A stretch of 64,000 nucleotides of DNA from assembly GCA_030603365.1 (NCBI GenBank), contig JAUVXV010000013.1, forward strand, positions 45,433 to 109,432, read 5' to 3'. The position numbers and the translations under genes are program-made. The DNA comes from Candidatus Heimdallarchaeota archaeon (GTDB lineage: Archaea; Asgardarchaeota; Heimdallarchaeia; Heimdallarchaeales; Heimdallarchaeaceae). A model generated the notes under the pieces. That model saw only the letters and a program-made list of their open reading frames with translations, was not told the origin of the DNA and did not search any database. This document shows positions 9,088 through 18,463 of this stretch, in pieces. Position 1 is the first letter of the stretch. Each line of letters opens with the position of its first letter.

Positions 9088-11634
9088 ATGAAATGTCCAG
9101 ACTGCAAAAAGGATTTGAATGTGGCGGGAAGTGCAAACTTTTTTACTTTTCGTTGTAATTTTTGCGGGTTAAATGAAAGGACATTTGCACCTAATGAAGA
9201 AGAAGCGTATGAAAAACTAATAGAAGCAAAAAAGACAAGAAGAGATTTGACTAAACAAACAAAACAAAAAACTGAAGATTCTCCTCTTCCATTCCCTAGA
9301 AGGACAATGGAAGAAAAGCAGCGTTTAATTGCAAAAGGGGGATATAACCCTGATAATTTACCTTCAGTATTAAAAAGTATAATTAACAATCCTGACATTG
9401 AATTGATTTATTACAAATTTCTCAAACAAAAGTTCCCAAAGATTACAACAAAAAAGGTACAACTCCCAGAAAATTTAGATAAATTCCTTAAAGAAAGTAA
9501 TTTTCTTTCTTTGTATGAGTTTCAACATAAAGCATTTGATTCAATTATGAATGGTAAGGATACTGTGATTGTTGCTCCAACAGGTACGGGAAAAACTGAA
9601 GCTTTTCTTTTACCAATAATATCGAAAATCTGGGAAATTTCACCACATCCTTTGCTTAGAAGAGGAATTTCTACTATTATCATTTATCCCACAAAAGCAT
9701 TAGCACGAGATCAAGAAAAGAAGATAAAGAGATATGGAGGGGCACTTGGTGTCACTTGTGAAGTTTATGATGGAGATACATCGAAAACTAAAAGAGAAAA
9801 TATCATGGAAGCACCTCCTGATATTCTTATTACAAATCCTGATATGTTGCATTATCATTTAAGAAATCATCAGTTTACAGTTCTTCTTAAAGGGTTGAAA
9901 TTCGTTGTTATTGATGAAGTACATATTGCAACTGGAGCTTTTGGTTCCAATCTATATTTTATCCTAAAAAGACTTCAAAGGTTTGCAGCAAACAGAGTAC
10001 AATTTGTAGGCTCTTCTGCTACAATAGGAAATGCAAGAGAGTTTACTAACCAATTGTTCGACAGAGATATGCACGAGGTTGTAGTTGAAGAAGCTAGAAA
10101 AGCACCAACACATCTATTGATTATAATTCCTTGGCAAGTGAGTCAATATACAGTTACGTCAGAAATTACTAGACAACTAGTAAATGCTGGACATAAAACC
10201 TTGTGTTTTCAGAATAGTCACAAAAATGCTGAAATAATCAATTTACTATTGAAATCAGCTAGAATACGTTCATCTGTTCATCGTGCTGGATTAACAAAGG
10301 AGTATAGAGATAGAATAGAAACACAATTCAGGGAAGGAAATATAGATGCACTTGTTTCCACGCCTACCTTAGAACTAGGGATAGACATTGGAGATGTAGA
10401 TGGTGTCGTGTCTTCTATAGTTGACATTACTAGATTTACTCAAAGATTAGGTAGGGCAGGAAGGAAAGGACAAGAATCTGTTGGTTCTCTAGTTTTGAGG
10501 AATGATGATCCCATAAGTACCTTCTATTGTGTCTATCCAGAATCATATTTCGATGATATCAGACGAGGTTATGTGGAATCAAGAAATGAAATTGTTTCAT
10601 ATTACCAAATTCTTGCAGCAATTTTAGAAAAAAACCTCGAGAAGAATGAATTTGAAAATCATAAGGATATTCTGAAAAAACTTGAAAATGAATCGTTAAT
10701 TAGAAGAACATCTTCAGGTACATTCAGAGCTCAGTCACGAAGTGAAATTATACGAAAATTGCAATCTTATTCTATTAGGGGCATTGGTGATAATCTAGTT
10801 CTAAAAGACGATAAAGGAAGAAAAATAGGAGAGAGATCAATGCCTATGGCTGCAAGAGAACTTCATCCTGGAGCAATTTACCTTCATGGGGGAAAGCATT
10901 ACAAATCTCAAACTTTCAAATATAACCCTAAATTTGGCGGAGGAGAAATAGCACTTCAACCTATTCAACCAGTAAATCACAAAACTACAGCTAATAGATA
11001 CGCTATCCCTACAATCCTCCAGATAAATCAAACCAAAGAAGTATTAGGAACGGATGTAATCTATTGTGACCTTCAAATTACAGAACATGTTACAGGATAC
11101 AAAGTTACAGATATCTTTACCAATAAGCTACTAGAATCAAAGGATTTTGATGAACCTATAATATATACATTCAAAACAAAAGGCTTCATGTTCACAATGC
11201 CTAAACCTTCTAGTATGCTTAATGAGTTGCAACATCTTTCAGAAGACATTATCCTAAATGGTACTTTTCATGCTGTTGAGCATGTTGTAATAGAATCTAG
11301 TTCAATGCTCACAGGAGGTGGTAGTTCAGAACTTGGAGGTATCTCAATGGGACAATCTGGAGCAATATTTGTGTATGATGGAGCAAAAGGAGGAAGCGGA
11401 TTATCAAAATTACTCTATGATAGATTAGAAGAAGGTTTTCAAAGATCTCTAAAAATACTGAAAAATTGTAAATGTACAACATCAGATGGTTGTCCAAGGT
11501 GCACTTATTCTTATCAATGTGGTAACAACAATCAGCCATTAAATAAGTCTGGTGCAATTGAATCACTGAAACAACTAGGAAAATTGAAACTAAAAGTAGT
11601 AGAAAACTATAACGATTTTGAAGCTTATGTCTAA
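9088..11634 (+). CDS. YprA/MrfA-like DEAD/DEAH-box helicase with N-terminal zinc ribbon and C-terminal DUF1998 zinc-binding domain
   Basis: Motif I APTGTGKTEAF, motif II VIDEVH, SSATIGN, QRLGRAGR. N-terminal CPDC...CNFCG. C-terminal CKCTTSDGCPRCTYSYQCGN is typical of DUF1998. Confidence 0.8.
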   Translation: MKCPDCKKDLNVAGSANFFTFRCNFCGLNERTFAPNEEEAYEKLIEAKKTRRDLTKQTKQKTEDSPLPFPRRTMEEKQRLIAKGGYNPDNLPSVLKSIINNPDIELIYYKFLKQKFPKITTKKVQLPENLDKFLKESNFLSLYEFQHKAFDSIMNGKDTVIVAPTGTGKTEAFLLPIISKIWEISPHPLLRRGISTIIIYPTKALARDQEKKIKRYGGALGVTCEVYDGDTSKTKRENIMEAPPDILITNPDMLHYHLRNHQFTVLLKGLKFVVIDEVHIATGAFGSNLYFILKRLQRFAANRVQFVGSSATIGNAREFTNQLFDRDMHEVVVEEARKAPTHLLIIIPWQVSQYTVTSEITRQLVNAGHKTLCFQNSHKNAEIINLLLKSARIRSSVHRAGLTKEYRDRIETQFREGNIDALVSTPTLELGIDIGDVDGVVSSIVDITRFTQRLGRAGRKGQESVGSLVLRNDDPISTFYCVYPESYFDDIRRGYVESRNEIVSYYQILAAILEKNLEKNEFENHKDILKKLENESLIRRTSSGTFRAQSRSEIIRKLQSYSIRGIGDNLVLKDDKGRKIGERSMPMAARELHPGAIYLHGGKHYKSQTFKYNPKFGGGEIALQPIQPVNHKTTANRYAIPTILQINQTKEVLGTDVIYCDLQITEHVTGYKVTDIFTNKLLESKDFDEPIIYTFKTKGFMFTMPKPSSMLNELQHLSEDIILNGTFHAVEHVVIESSSMLTGGGSSELGGISMGQSGAIFVYDGAKGGSGLSKLLYDRLEEGFQRSLKILKNCKCTTSDGCPRCTYSYQCGNNNQPLNKSGAIESLKQLGKLKLKVVENYNDFEAYV

Positions 11635-11747
11635 GTTTTTTCACAATAATTTGTTATTTTTCTTTTAGCGTGTAATACCCGAGATATGTTTACAATCATA
11701 TCTCTGTCTGATGTGCTTTTATGTTATATTTAAGCTGATTTGTGTTA

Positions 11748-12161
11748 ATGATGACAGTTGATTATGACTCAGAAGAGTTCATTGATATTGCACTTAATTG
11801 TATTTTTCCATCAAGTGAGGAGATTGAACCAGAAATCTTGAAGGAAATAACTGTTTTTCTAGAAGAGAGTGATAATCAAGTTTCACCTGAAGATGCAGAG
11901 ATGGTAAGAGGAGAAATAAGGAAAGCTTTAATTCATTTTAAGAATCGACCATATCTTTATAATACACGTAAGAAGATGGAAAAACTCCTTAAAGTAAATG
12001 ATAATTGGAGACGTTTTATTGTTTCACCAAATTCTTTCGTATCTGAATTTCGAGATGCAGGTCTAAATAATGAAGAAATTGATTTATTACGAACATCATT
12101 GAAGACAGCTAGAAATTCATACTCTGTGATAAAGAATATCCCACTACCACGCACAAATTAG
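11748..12161 (+). CDS. hypothetical protein
   Basis: ORF downstream of the helicase. The ORF track starts at GTG 11742; ATG at 11748. No recognisable motif. Confidence 0.4.
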   Translation: MMTVDYDSEEFIDIALNCIFPSSEEIEPEILKEITVFLEESDNQVSPEDAEMVRGEIRKALIHFKNRPYLYNTRKKMEKLLKVNDNWRRFIVSPNSFVSEFRDAGLNNEEIDLLRTSLKTARNSYSVIKNIPLPRTN

Positions 12162-12275
12162 AACTGAACGAATTCATAATCAAGTTTTAATACTCCTATT
12201 TGAAACTTGATGTGGTTCAAAACGCAAAATTATCTCGTAAAGAATAAAGATAAAAAAGGATAGTTGGGGGATAAA

Positions 12276-13187
12276 ATGCAGAAGGAAGAATTATTCGAGA
12301 TTCTTGATAGTTATCTTTTTAGTAATTCTCGTCTTGATGAAAAGAAACTGAGTGAAAAAATCCAGATAAGTCAGAAGAATATAAAGGACTTTTTCTCTCA
12401 GAAATCAGAGGAAATGGGTTTTATTAGAGATGGAAGTTCTATTTTCTTTGCACATGAAATTATAAGAGAAAATATTGAAGACATAAATGAATCCTTTTGG
12501 AATTGGTATCTTCGTTGTGTCCCCAGTTATAGTGATCTTGCATGGGAAGAAGGAGCAGCAATTGCTGATACCTCAAGAATAAAAATAATTCCCTTTAGAA
12601 CATCTTCCAAGAGTTTTATCCAATCATTTACAGCTCGAATATTAATTCTAGGTGAAGAAAAAACAGGTAAACAATCATTTGTTTTTGCTCTTTCAGGAGA
12701 TTCACTGAATAGACCAGCTCCGGGTGTATTTTCAGGAAAAATCTCAAGATTTTTAGATGAATTTGAGACTGATTTTGAGAGTATAATTTTGGATATTCCG
12801 CCAGATTCTCCACTTTGGATTTATGCAAAAGCTTCATTTGGAGTTATCCTTACATATGATCTTTCGGAACCACAGACTTTTGAAAAATTACTATATTGGC
12901 TAGATGTTTTCATGGATTCATATTCTTATGAATTATGTCCTCCCATAATGCTATTGGGAACAAAAATGGATTTACTTACTCAAGAAGAAATTACTGCATC
13001 TAGAAGAAAAGCAGAAATATTGAGAGAGCAGATAGAACAAGAATATGGAACGATAGCCTTGAATGAACTAATCTCCTTAACAGAAGGGGGTAATGTTTTA
13101 AACTCATTTGAGAATTTTGCTAAAACAGTTCGTCAATGGTATCAAATTATTAAACAAGAATATCTTGATGATAATCCGATGGCTTAG
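12276..13187 (+). CDS. divergent small-GTPase-like protein with about 120 aa N-terminal extension and a degenerate G3
   Basis: P-loop-like ILILGEEKTGKQS; G4-like LLGTKMDL (TKxD). The G3 position reads ILDIPPD instead of DxxGQ. ATG 12276 is preceded by GGGGG; the ORF track starts at TTG 12264. Confidence 0.45.
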   Translation: MQKEELFEILDSYLFSNSRLDEKKLSEKIQISQKNIKDFFSQKSEEMGFIRDGSSIFFAHEIIRENIEDINESFWNWYLRCVPSYSDLAWEEGAAIADTSRIKIIPFRTSSKSFIQSFTARILILGEEKTGKQSFVFALSGDSLNRPAPGVFSGKISRFLDEFETDFESIILDIPPDSPLWIYAKASFGVILTYDLSEPQTFEKLLYWLDVFMDSYSYELCPPIMLLGTKMDLLTQEEITASRRKAEILREQIEQEYGTIALNELISLTEGGNVLNSFENFAKTVRQWYQIIKQEYLDDNPMA

Positions 13188-13279
13188 GAACAAAAATTTC
13201 AACATCGTTTCGAAAAAATTAAATGTCATATCTCATTTAGTGTCTTAAGATTTGAGAATAAAGGCTAGAGTGAACAAAA

Positions 13280-15388
13280 ATGGAGAAACTAATAAGCTTG
13301 CAGCTTCGTTTCCAGGATAAAGCTAAAAAAAATAAAGTCAAACTCCTTAAAATCCTGATTATTATTGCTATTGCAATCTCTCTTCTAGTAATCTCCATAA
13401 TTATTAAAAATATGGTGTCAGAATGGTACTGGGATAAACATGGACAAGGATTTTATTGGTCTGATCCAGAATTGTTTGGCACCATATATGAAGGCGACAC
13501 ATGGTATATCGAAGCTTATGTTGATGCTTCTTGGTATTATGAACCCTATCTCAAATCTTTTCGATTTGAGAACTGGAATCCATATGCTGGGGGGCAAGGG
13601 CCGCTAAATGGTTATGCATATGGTCCTATGTTTGTCTTTGGATTATATTTTATCTCACTTGTTATTAGTATATTCTATCCTAATATGCCAATTGACGAAT
13701 TGGTACCTTTATCTGTAAAATGGACTCACATAGCATTTGACTCATTATCAGTGGTTATGGTCTATCTCATCGTTGTGATGTTAAAATCGTTCAAACAGAA
13801 TGAATTCAAGAGACATAGCTATGGTATTTTAGCTGCTAGTATTTTTGCTTGTATGCCAATAAATTTGATTTATGTAGATAGTCTTTATCTTAATACTCCT
13901 CAAATGACATTTTTCACTCTATTGAGCCTTCTTCTATTCATGAAAGATAGATATAGAGTAGGGGCGTTTATTTTATCAATAGCGTGGTTGACAAAGCAAA
14001 TGCCACTGTTTCTATTGATACCATGGTTTTTCATAGTGTGGAAGAAAAAATCTCTCAAATCAGCATTCATGGACTTTTTATTACCGTTTCTACTAACGAC
14101 GGTGATAATTTCTTTACCTTGGCTTATTATGACGCCTAGAAATTATCTTCGTAGGGTTTTTGGTCCTGGAAGACCAGTGAGAGTGTTTAATGTAGAGGAT
14201 GCTTTAAGTAGCACGTATAATGGTCGAACCGTTACGCTTGCACACAGTTTTCTACAACTTGGAAATGAGGGGTTGGCAGTGTTCTACCACCAAATAAATT
14301 TGTATATGATTCCCTTCGTTTTATTCTACCTCATTGCAGTGATGTTTGCTTATTTCAATGGTGAGAAAATAGGTAATAACGAATCCTACCAAATTATATT
14401 CGTTACATGGGTCCTAATTAATACCCATCTCTTTATTTCTCGTGGTGTATACAAATATTACAACGCTTTTCTCACACCTTTCGTGGTAATCAGTTTGTTA
14501 GTGTTTTTCGATGATGTCATTCCTAAGGCAATTGGAGAAATGCCTAAACTTAAAGAGAATACATTGAAAATCTTGAAACCTAGAGATGGAGCAAAAAATG
14601 ATTTAGAAGATGGAGTAAAATCCAAATCAAACGAGAAAATACCTCTACTTCAAAAAATGATTTTTCCTGTTTCTCTGACAATTACCTTTTTAGGATCTTG
14701 TGCAGCTTTCTACTATTTTAATTGGATATTAATTGTGAATTCAAGACATTTGCACCCACTTTACTTACTTATTCTGTTTGGGATTGTTAGTGTGCTAATA
14801 CACCCTTCAATTTATGCTAGTCTTTTCAAAAAAGATAATTATTGGATGATTTTCATAGATTTAAGATATATTTTAAAAGAATTCGGGTTAATTTTGCTCT
14901 CATTTGGCAATTATATTCGTAAAATAGTTGATAAATTCGGGTTAATTTTGCTATCATTTGACAATTATATTCGTAAAATAGTTGATAAAGTACAAAAGAA
15001 ATTTGACTATATTGAGTCTAAAATTTTTAAATATAAAGATTCTACTCCCAAATTGGATGGTCTAAATATATTTGTTGCAAACTTGACACATTTCTGGGAG
15101 AGGTTTGGACTAATCTTACTTTCGTTTGACAATAGTATCCATAAACTAACAAATACAGTACAAGAGAAATTTGACTATATTGAGTCCAAGTTTGAGAGTT
15201 CTGAATTCTCCTTTTTCCTGACTGATATTTTTTGTGCGTTTATTGTACTATTAGCTTACACAATATTGTTGGGAGTTTGTATTGGATTAGTCTTAATTTT
15301 ATTTGATAATGCTATTCGTAAATTAGTTGATAAAGTTCAAGAGAAACTTGACTATATTGAGTCCAAGTTTGAGAGATCTAAAGACTAA
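13280..15388 (+). CDS. polytopic integral membrane protein (possible GT-C-type glycosyltransferase) with C-terminal tandem repeats
   Basis: At least 12 hydrophobic segments. The C-terminal about 170 aa carry four copies of GLILLSFDNxIRKxVDKVQEKFDYIESKF. Confidence 0.4.
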   Translation: MEKLISLQLRFQDKAKKNKVKLLKILIIIAIAISLLVISIIIKNMVSEWYWDKHGQGFYWSDPELFGTIYEGDTWYIEAYVDASWYYEPYLKSFRFENWNPYAGGQGPLNGYAYGPMFVFGLYFISLVISIFYPNMPIDELVPLSVKWTHIAFDSLSVVMVYLIVVMLKSFKQNEFKRHSYGILAASIFACMPINLIYVDSLYLNTPQMTFFTLLSLLLFMKDRYRVGAFILSIAWLTKQMPLFLLIPWFFIVWKKKSLKSAFMDFLLPFLLTTVIISLPWLIMTPRNYLRRVFGPGRPVRVFNVEDALSSTYNGRTVTLAHSFLQLGNEGLAVFYHQINLYMIPFVLFYLIAVMFAYFNGEKIGNNESYQIIFVTWVLINTHLFISRGVYKYYNAFLTPFVVISLLVFFDDVIPKAIGEMPKLKENTLKILKPRDGAKNDLEDGVKSKSNEKIPLLQKMIFPVSLTITFLGSCAAFYYFNWILIVNSRHLHPLYLLILFGIVSVLIHPSIYASLFKKDNYWMIFIDLRYILKEFGLILLSFGNYIRKIVDKFGLILLSFDNYIRKIVDKVQKKFDYIESKIFKYKDSTPKLDGLNIFVANLTHFWERFGLILLSFDNSIHKLTNTVQEKFDYIESKFESSEFSFFLTDIFCAFIVLLAYTILLGVCIGLVLILFDNAIRKLVDKVQEKLDYIESKFERSKD
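14882..15385 (+). repeat. intragenic tandem repeats (54-nt and about 90-nt units, four copies)
   Basis: TTCGGGTTAATTTTGCT[C/A]TCATTTG[G/A]CAATTATATTCGTAAAATAGTTGATAAA is repeated at 14882 and 14936. Longer units at 15104 and 15284 end in GA[A/C]ATTTGACTATATTGAGTCCAAGTTTGAGAG. Confidence 0.8.
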
Positions 15389-15479
15389 TGACCTTTCCAT
15401 GTTTTCATCTTGCCCGTATACTTAAAAGTTAAATATTAATACAATATATGTAGATTATAACAAGTTCTCGGGATTACAG

Positions 15480-16049
15480 ATGTTCAAAAAATTACGCAAT
15501 TCAAAGAAAGGTGTTTCTGAAGTATTAGCATCTGTAATAATAATTTCACTTGTTATAGCTGCTACAGCACTTGTTAGTACAATACTAACAAATGTGGACA
15601 TTGTAGATTTATTTGGTTATTTGGATACACCTAAAGATAAAGTGGTAACTATAGCTTTGGATATTTTAACTATTAATGATACAGATTTAGATTCTTTATC
15701 AGATACGGTGATTTTGCTATTATCTTTAGATGTAGATTCTCCAAGTATTTATGTTCAAGATGTGGATGTTCAACTTCCAACGGGAGATACACTAGATGAT
15801 ATTACACCATGGTCAATATTAGCCACTTCACAAATATGGAATAACGAGTTTAATGGATACACTATTGTATACGGACACTTTAATGCAACTTTTACAGTTC
15901 AAATAAATGACATGGTACAGAATGAGGCTGAATTGAGCTCTGGAACAGCTTTTCATCTCGTCTTCTATTATATATATGTCTCAGATTTAGGTGGAAAAAT
16001 AAGAACCATATCCAGTTACTACGTGAGTTCACTCTTAGTTGCTCCTTAG
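15480..16049 (+). CDS. archaeal type IV pilin-like protein (class III signal peptide)
   Basis: N-terminus MFKKLRNSKKGVSEVLASVIIISLVIAATALV: basic region, then G, then hydrophobic helix, as in archaeal pilin/flagellin prepeptides. Confidence 0.55.
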   Translation: MFKKLRNSKKGVSEVLASVIIISLVIAATALVSTILTNVDIVDLFGYLDTPKDKVVTIALDILTINDTDLDSLSDTVILLLSLDVDSPSIYVQDVDVQLPTGDTLDDITPWSILATSQIWNNEFNGYTIVYGHFNATFTVQINDMVQNEAELSSGTAFHLVFYYIYVSDLGGKIRTISSYYVSSLLVAP

Positions 16050-16127
16050 TATATTTCTTCTCTATAAAGAGAAAACTTTCTTAAATACTAAATAACTGCT
16101 ATTCTTATTGAAATCAGGGGGCAAAAA

Positions 16128-17459
16128 TTGAAAAAACACTTAGAAATTTTGAAGAATCTTGTCGCTTATAATACTGTAAACAACCCAATTGAAAATCAAA
16201 TTCCTTCAAGAGATATTCTCGATCATATTAACGAGAATTACTTGCAACCGCTTGGATATTGTAGTGAGTTTTATGAAAAAGAAGATTATTGGTCTCTTTT
16301 TTCTTATTTAGAACGTGGTTCTCCAGTTATTTTGTTTATTGGACATTGTGATGTAGTTCCTATTGGTCCAAATTGGGAAACAGATCCCTTTGATTTAACA
16401 TTAAAGGAAGAGCGAGCTTATGGAAGAGGAGCTTCTGATATGAAAGGAGCAGTAGCTGTAATGTTGAGCTTGGCAGAGGAGTTTAGGGATTACAATAAGG
16501 GGACAATAATTTATACAATCAATTTAGATGAAGAATCTGGTGGAAGAAATGGTGCCGGGGAATTAATCACCTTATTACAACAAAAAAACCTTGAGCCTGA
16601 TTATGTGATAAATGGAGATGCAAATGGTCTACAGATAATCAATAGACGGAGAAATCCCTATATTTCATCTTTTAAACTAGCCAAGAAAATACAACAGATT
16701 AAAGGCATTAAAAAGGTTGAAAAATTCACAACAAAGATTGCTGCAGACAGAACTATGCATGCAGCATATTTTATGCGAGATATTGATGTTCACTGCGCTG
16801 ATGAAGTTTCAGATTTCTTAAGTGAAAATTCTTATTTCATTCATAAACTACGTGGATCATTTGTGAAAAATAACGTTTTACCTTCAGATATAACAATTGA
16901 GTATATAATTCCTGATGAAAAGAGTAATCAAACGCATGATGTCGATATGAATCTAACAAAATTCATAAGTTCGGTATCAAAATTCAATGATATAGATATT
17001 CCATCTGCTCCAAGTGATTATGGAATTAATCTTACATTTAATTATTATAGAGAAGAGAAAGAATATCATCTCTGTCAGATGGATTTAAGAATTATGAGTA
17101 AAGATCACAAAGCAGTTGAGAACTATTTTCTCAATTTTGCTGATTCAGAAGGGATTGAGGCTGAAATAAAAACAAAAGGCAGCGTTGGACCTGTACTTAC
17201 ACCAAAAGAATCTCCATTAGTGCAAGTGTGTATGCAAGTAGCTAGAGAAATGAACCTAACACCTGAACCTATGGAAATGGGAGGGGCAACAGATTCAAGA
17301 TGGTTTAGTGCCATAAACATTCCATCCATCGAATTTGGTCCTTTAGGTGGAAATGTACATGGCGCAAATGAATATATAGAAATCAACAGCCTAGTAACAG
17401 TAAAAGAGTTTTATTTTAGAATATATGAAAAATTGGTGGTAGAACACAAAGAAAAATGA
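16128..17459 (+). CDS. M20-family metallopeptidase/deacylase (ArgE/DapE-like)
   Basis: IGHCDVVP and GASDMKG metal-binding motifs. TTG start at 16128 preceded by GGGGG; no in-frame ATG nearby. Confidence 0.75.
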   Translation: MKKHLEILKNLVAYNTVNNPIENQIPSRDILDHINENYLQPLGYCSEFYEKEDYWSLFSYLERGSPVILFIGHCDVVPIGPNWETDPFDLTLKEERAYGRGASDMKGAVAVMLSLAEEFRDYNKGTIIYTINLDEESGGRNGAGELITLLQQKNLEPDYVINGDANGLQIINRRRNPYISSFKLAKKIQQIKGIKKVEKFTTKIAADRTMHAAYFMRDIDVHCADEVSDFLSENSYFIHKLRGSFVKNNVLPSDITIEYIIPDEKSNQTHDVDMNLTKFISSVSKFNDIDIPSAPSDYGINLTFNYYREEKEYHLCQMDLRIMSKDHKAVENYFLNFADSEGIEAEIKTKGSVGPVLTPKESPLVQVCMQVAREMNLTPEPMEMGGATDSRWFSAINIPSIEFGPLGGNVHGANEYIEINSLVTVKEFYFRIYEKLVVEHKEK

Positions 17460-17517
17460 CTTTGGAAAGTAATGACTATATAACTGAATCATTGCTGACT
17501 ACAAAAGAATTAAATCT

Positions 17518-18279
17518 ATGAACAAAAATCATCTATTAGATAATATGTCACTCGAACCAAAAAGAGCTTACAAAATTGTTCTTATAGGTGATCCCGAAGT
17601 AGGTAAAACTTCAATTAGAAGAAAGTACATGGGAAAGTCATTTAGAGCTGACTATCTAAAAACACTAGGAGCAGATTTTGCAGCTCAAAAAGTTAATGTG
17701 GAAGGAGAATCAGTTCTTTTAACAATTTGGGATTTAGCAGGTCAATCTATTTTTCATGGAATGAGATCTTCCTTTTATCATGGTTGTAAATGTGCATTAG
17801 TTGTTTTTGATGTTACCAACCCCCAAACCTTAGAAAATTGTTATAAATGGGCTGAAGAGGCAGCTAACTTCGCTAAAAGTTCCATGAAAGAGATTTATCT
17901 TATAGGAAATAAAATCGATTTAGTAGATGATCGTTTAGTCAACCATGACGCAATAGCGAGCATCGCTGAGAAATTCAGAATAGCTTTCAAATTTCCTGTA
18001 GAAATCTATGAAACTTCAGCTTTAACAGGAGAAAATATAATTGAACTCTTCGAACATATGAGTAGAAGATTAATCATTGGTGACGAAACTAGAGAAGAGC
18101 AACTAGAAGTGCAATCTGAAAATGAGCAACAGGTAAATGAAGAAAAAATCATTGAAGAGGGAGAAAAAACAATAAGTAATGAAACCATAATTAAGATGCT
18201 TGAAGAACTGGAAAATAGAATAAACAACATTACTACTGACTTAAGTGAAATAAAGAAACAACTAAAAAATGTTGATTAA
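17518..18279 (+). CDS. Rab/Ras-like small GTPase with C-terminal coiled-coil extension
   Basis: G1 GDPEVGKTS, switch I T in YLKTLG, G3 WDLAGQ, G4 GNKIDL, G5 ETSALTG. The C-terminal about 70 aa are acidic coiled-coil with no CAAX. Confidence 0.85.
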   Translation: MNKNHLLDNMSLEPKRAYKIVLIGDPEVGKTSIRRKYMGKSFRADYLKTLGADFAAQKVNVEGESVLLTIWDLAGQSIFHGMRSSFYHGCKCALVVFDVTNPQTLENCYKWAEEAANFAKSSMKEIYLIGNKIDLVDDRLVNHDAIASIAEKFRIAFKFPVEIYETSALTGENIIELFEHMSRRLIIGDETREEQLEVQSENEQQVNEEKIIEEGEKTISNETIIKMLEELENRINNITTDLSEIKKQLKNVD

Positions 18280-18463
18280 GGCAATTTCAAGGTATATTTG
18301 TTTTTTTTGTAGCACCTCAAATCAAAGAATTATCATTCGTTTTTTAAGAAACAATATTAGAACCCCCTATAATATTATTATATAATATATATGCATAATA
18401 TTTTTATATTACATGACAATAAGATAACTGCTTACATAAATGTAGGTAAAGGTGAAATAAAAA

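Noticed and set aside
13280-15388. Considered calling this protein the oligosaccharyltransferase AglB because of WYWDKHG near the N-terminus.
   Set aside because: The AglB WWDYG motif lies in a C-terminal soluble domain after 13 TM helices. Here the motif is N-terminal and the C-terminus is repeat-rich and helical, so only a generic membrane or GT-C-like call is justified.
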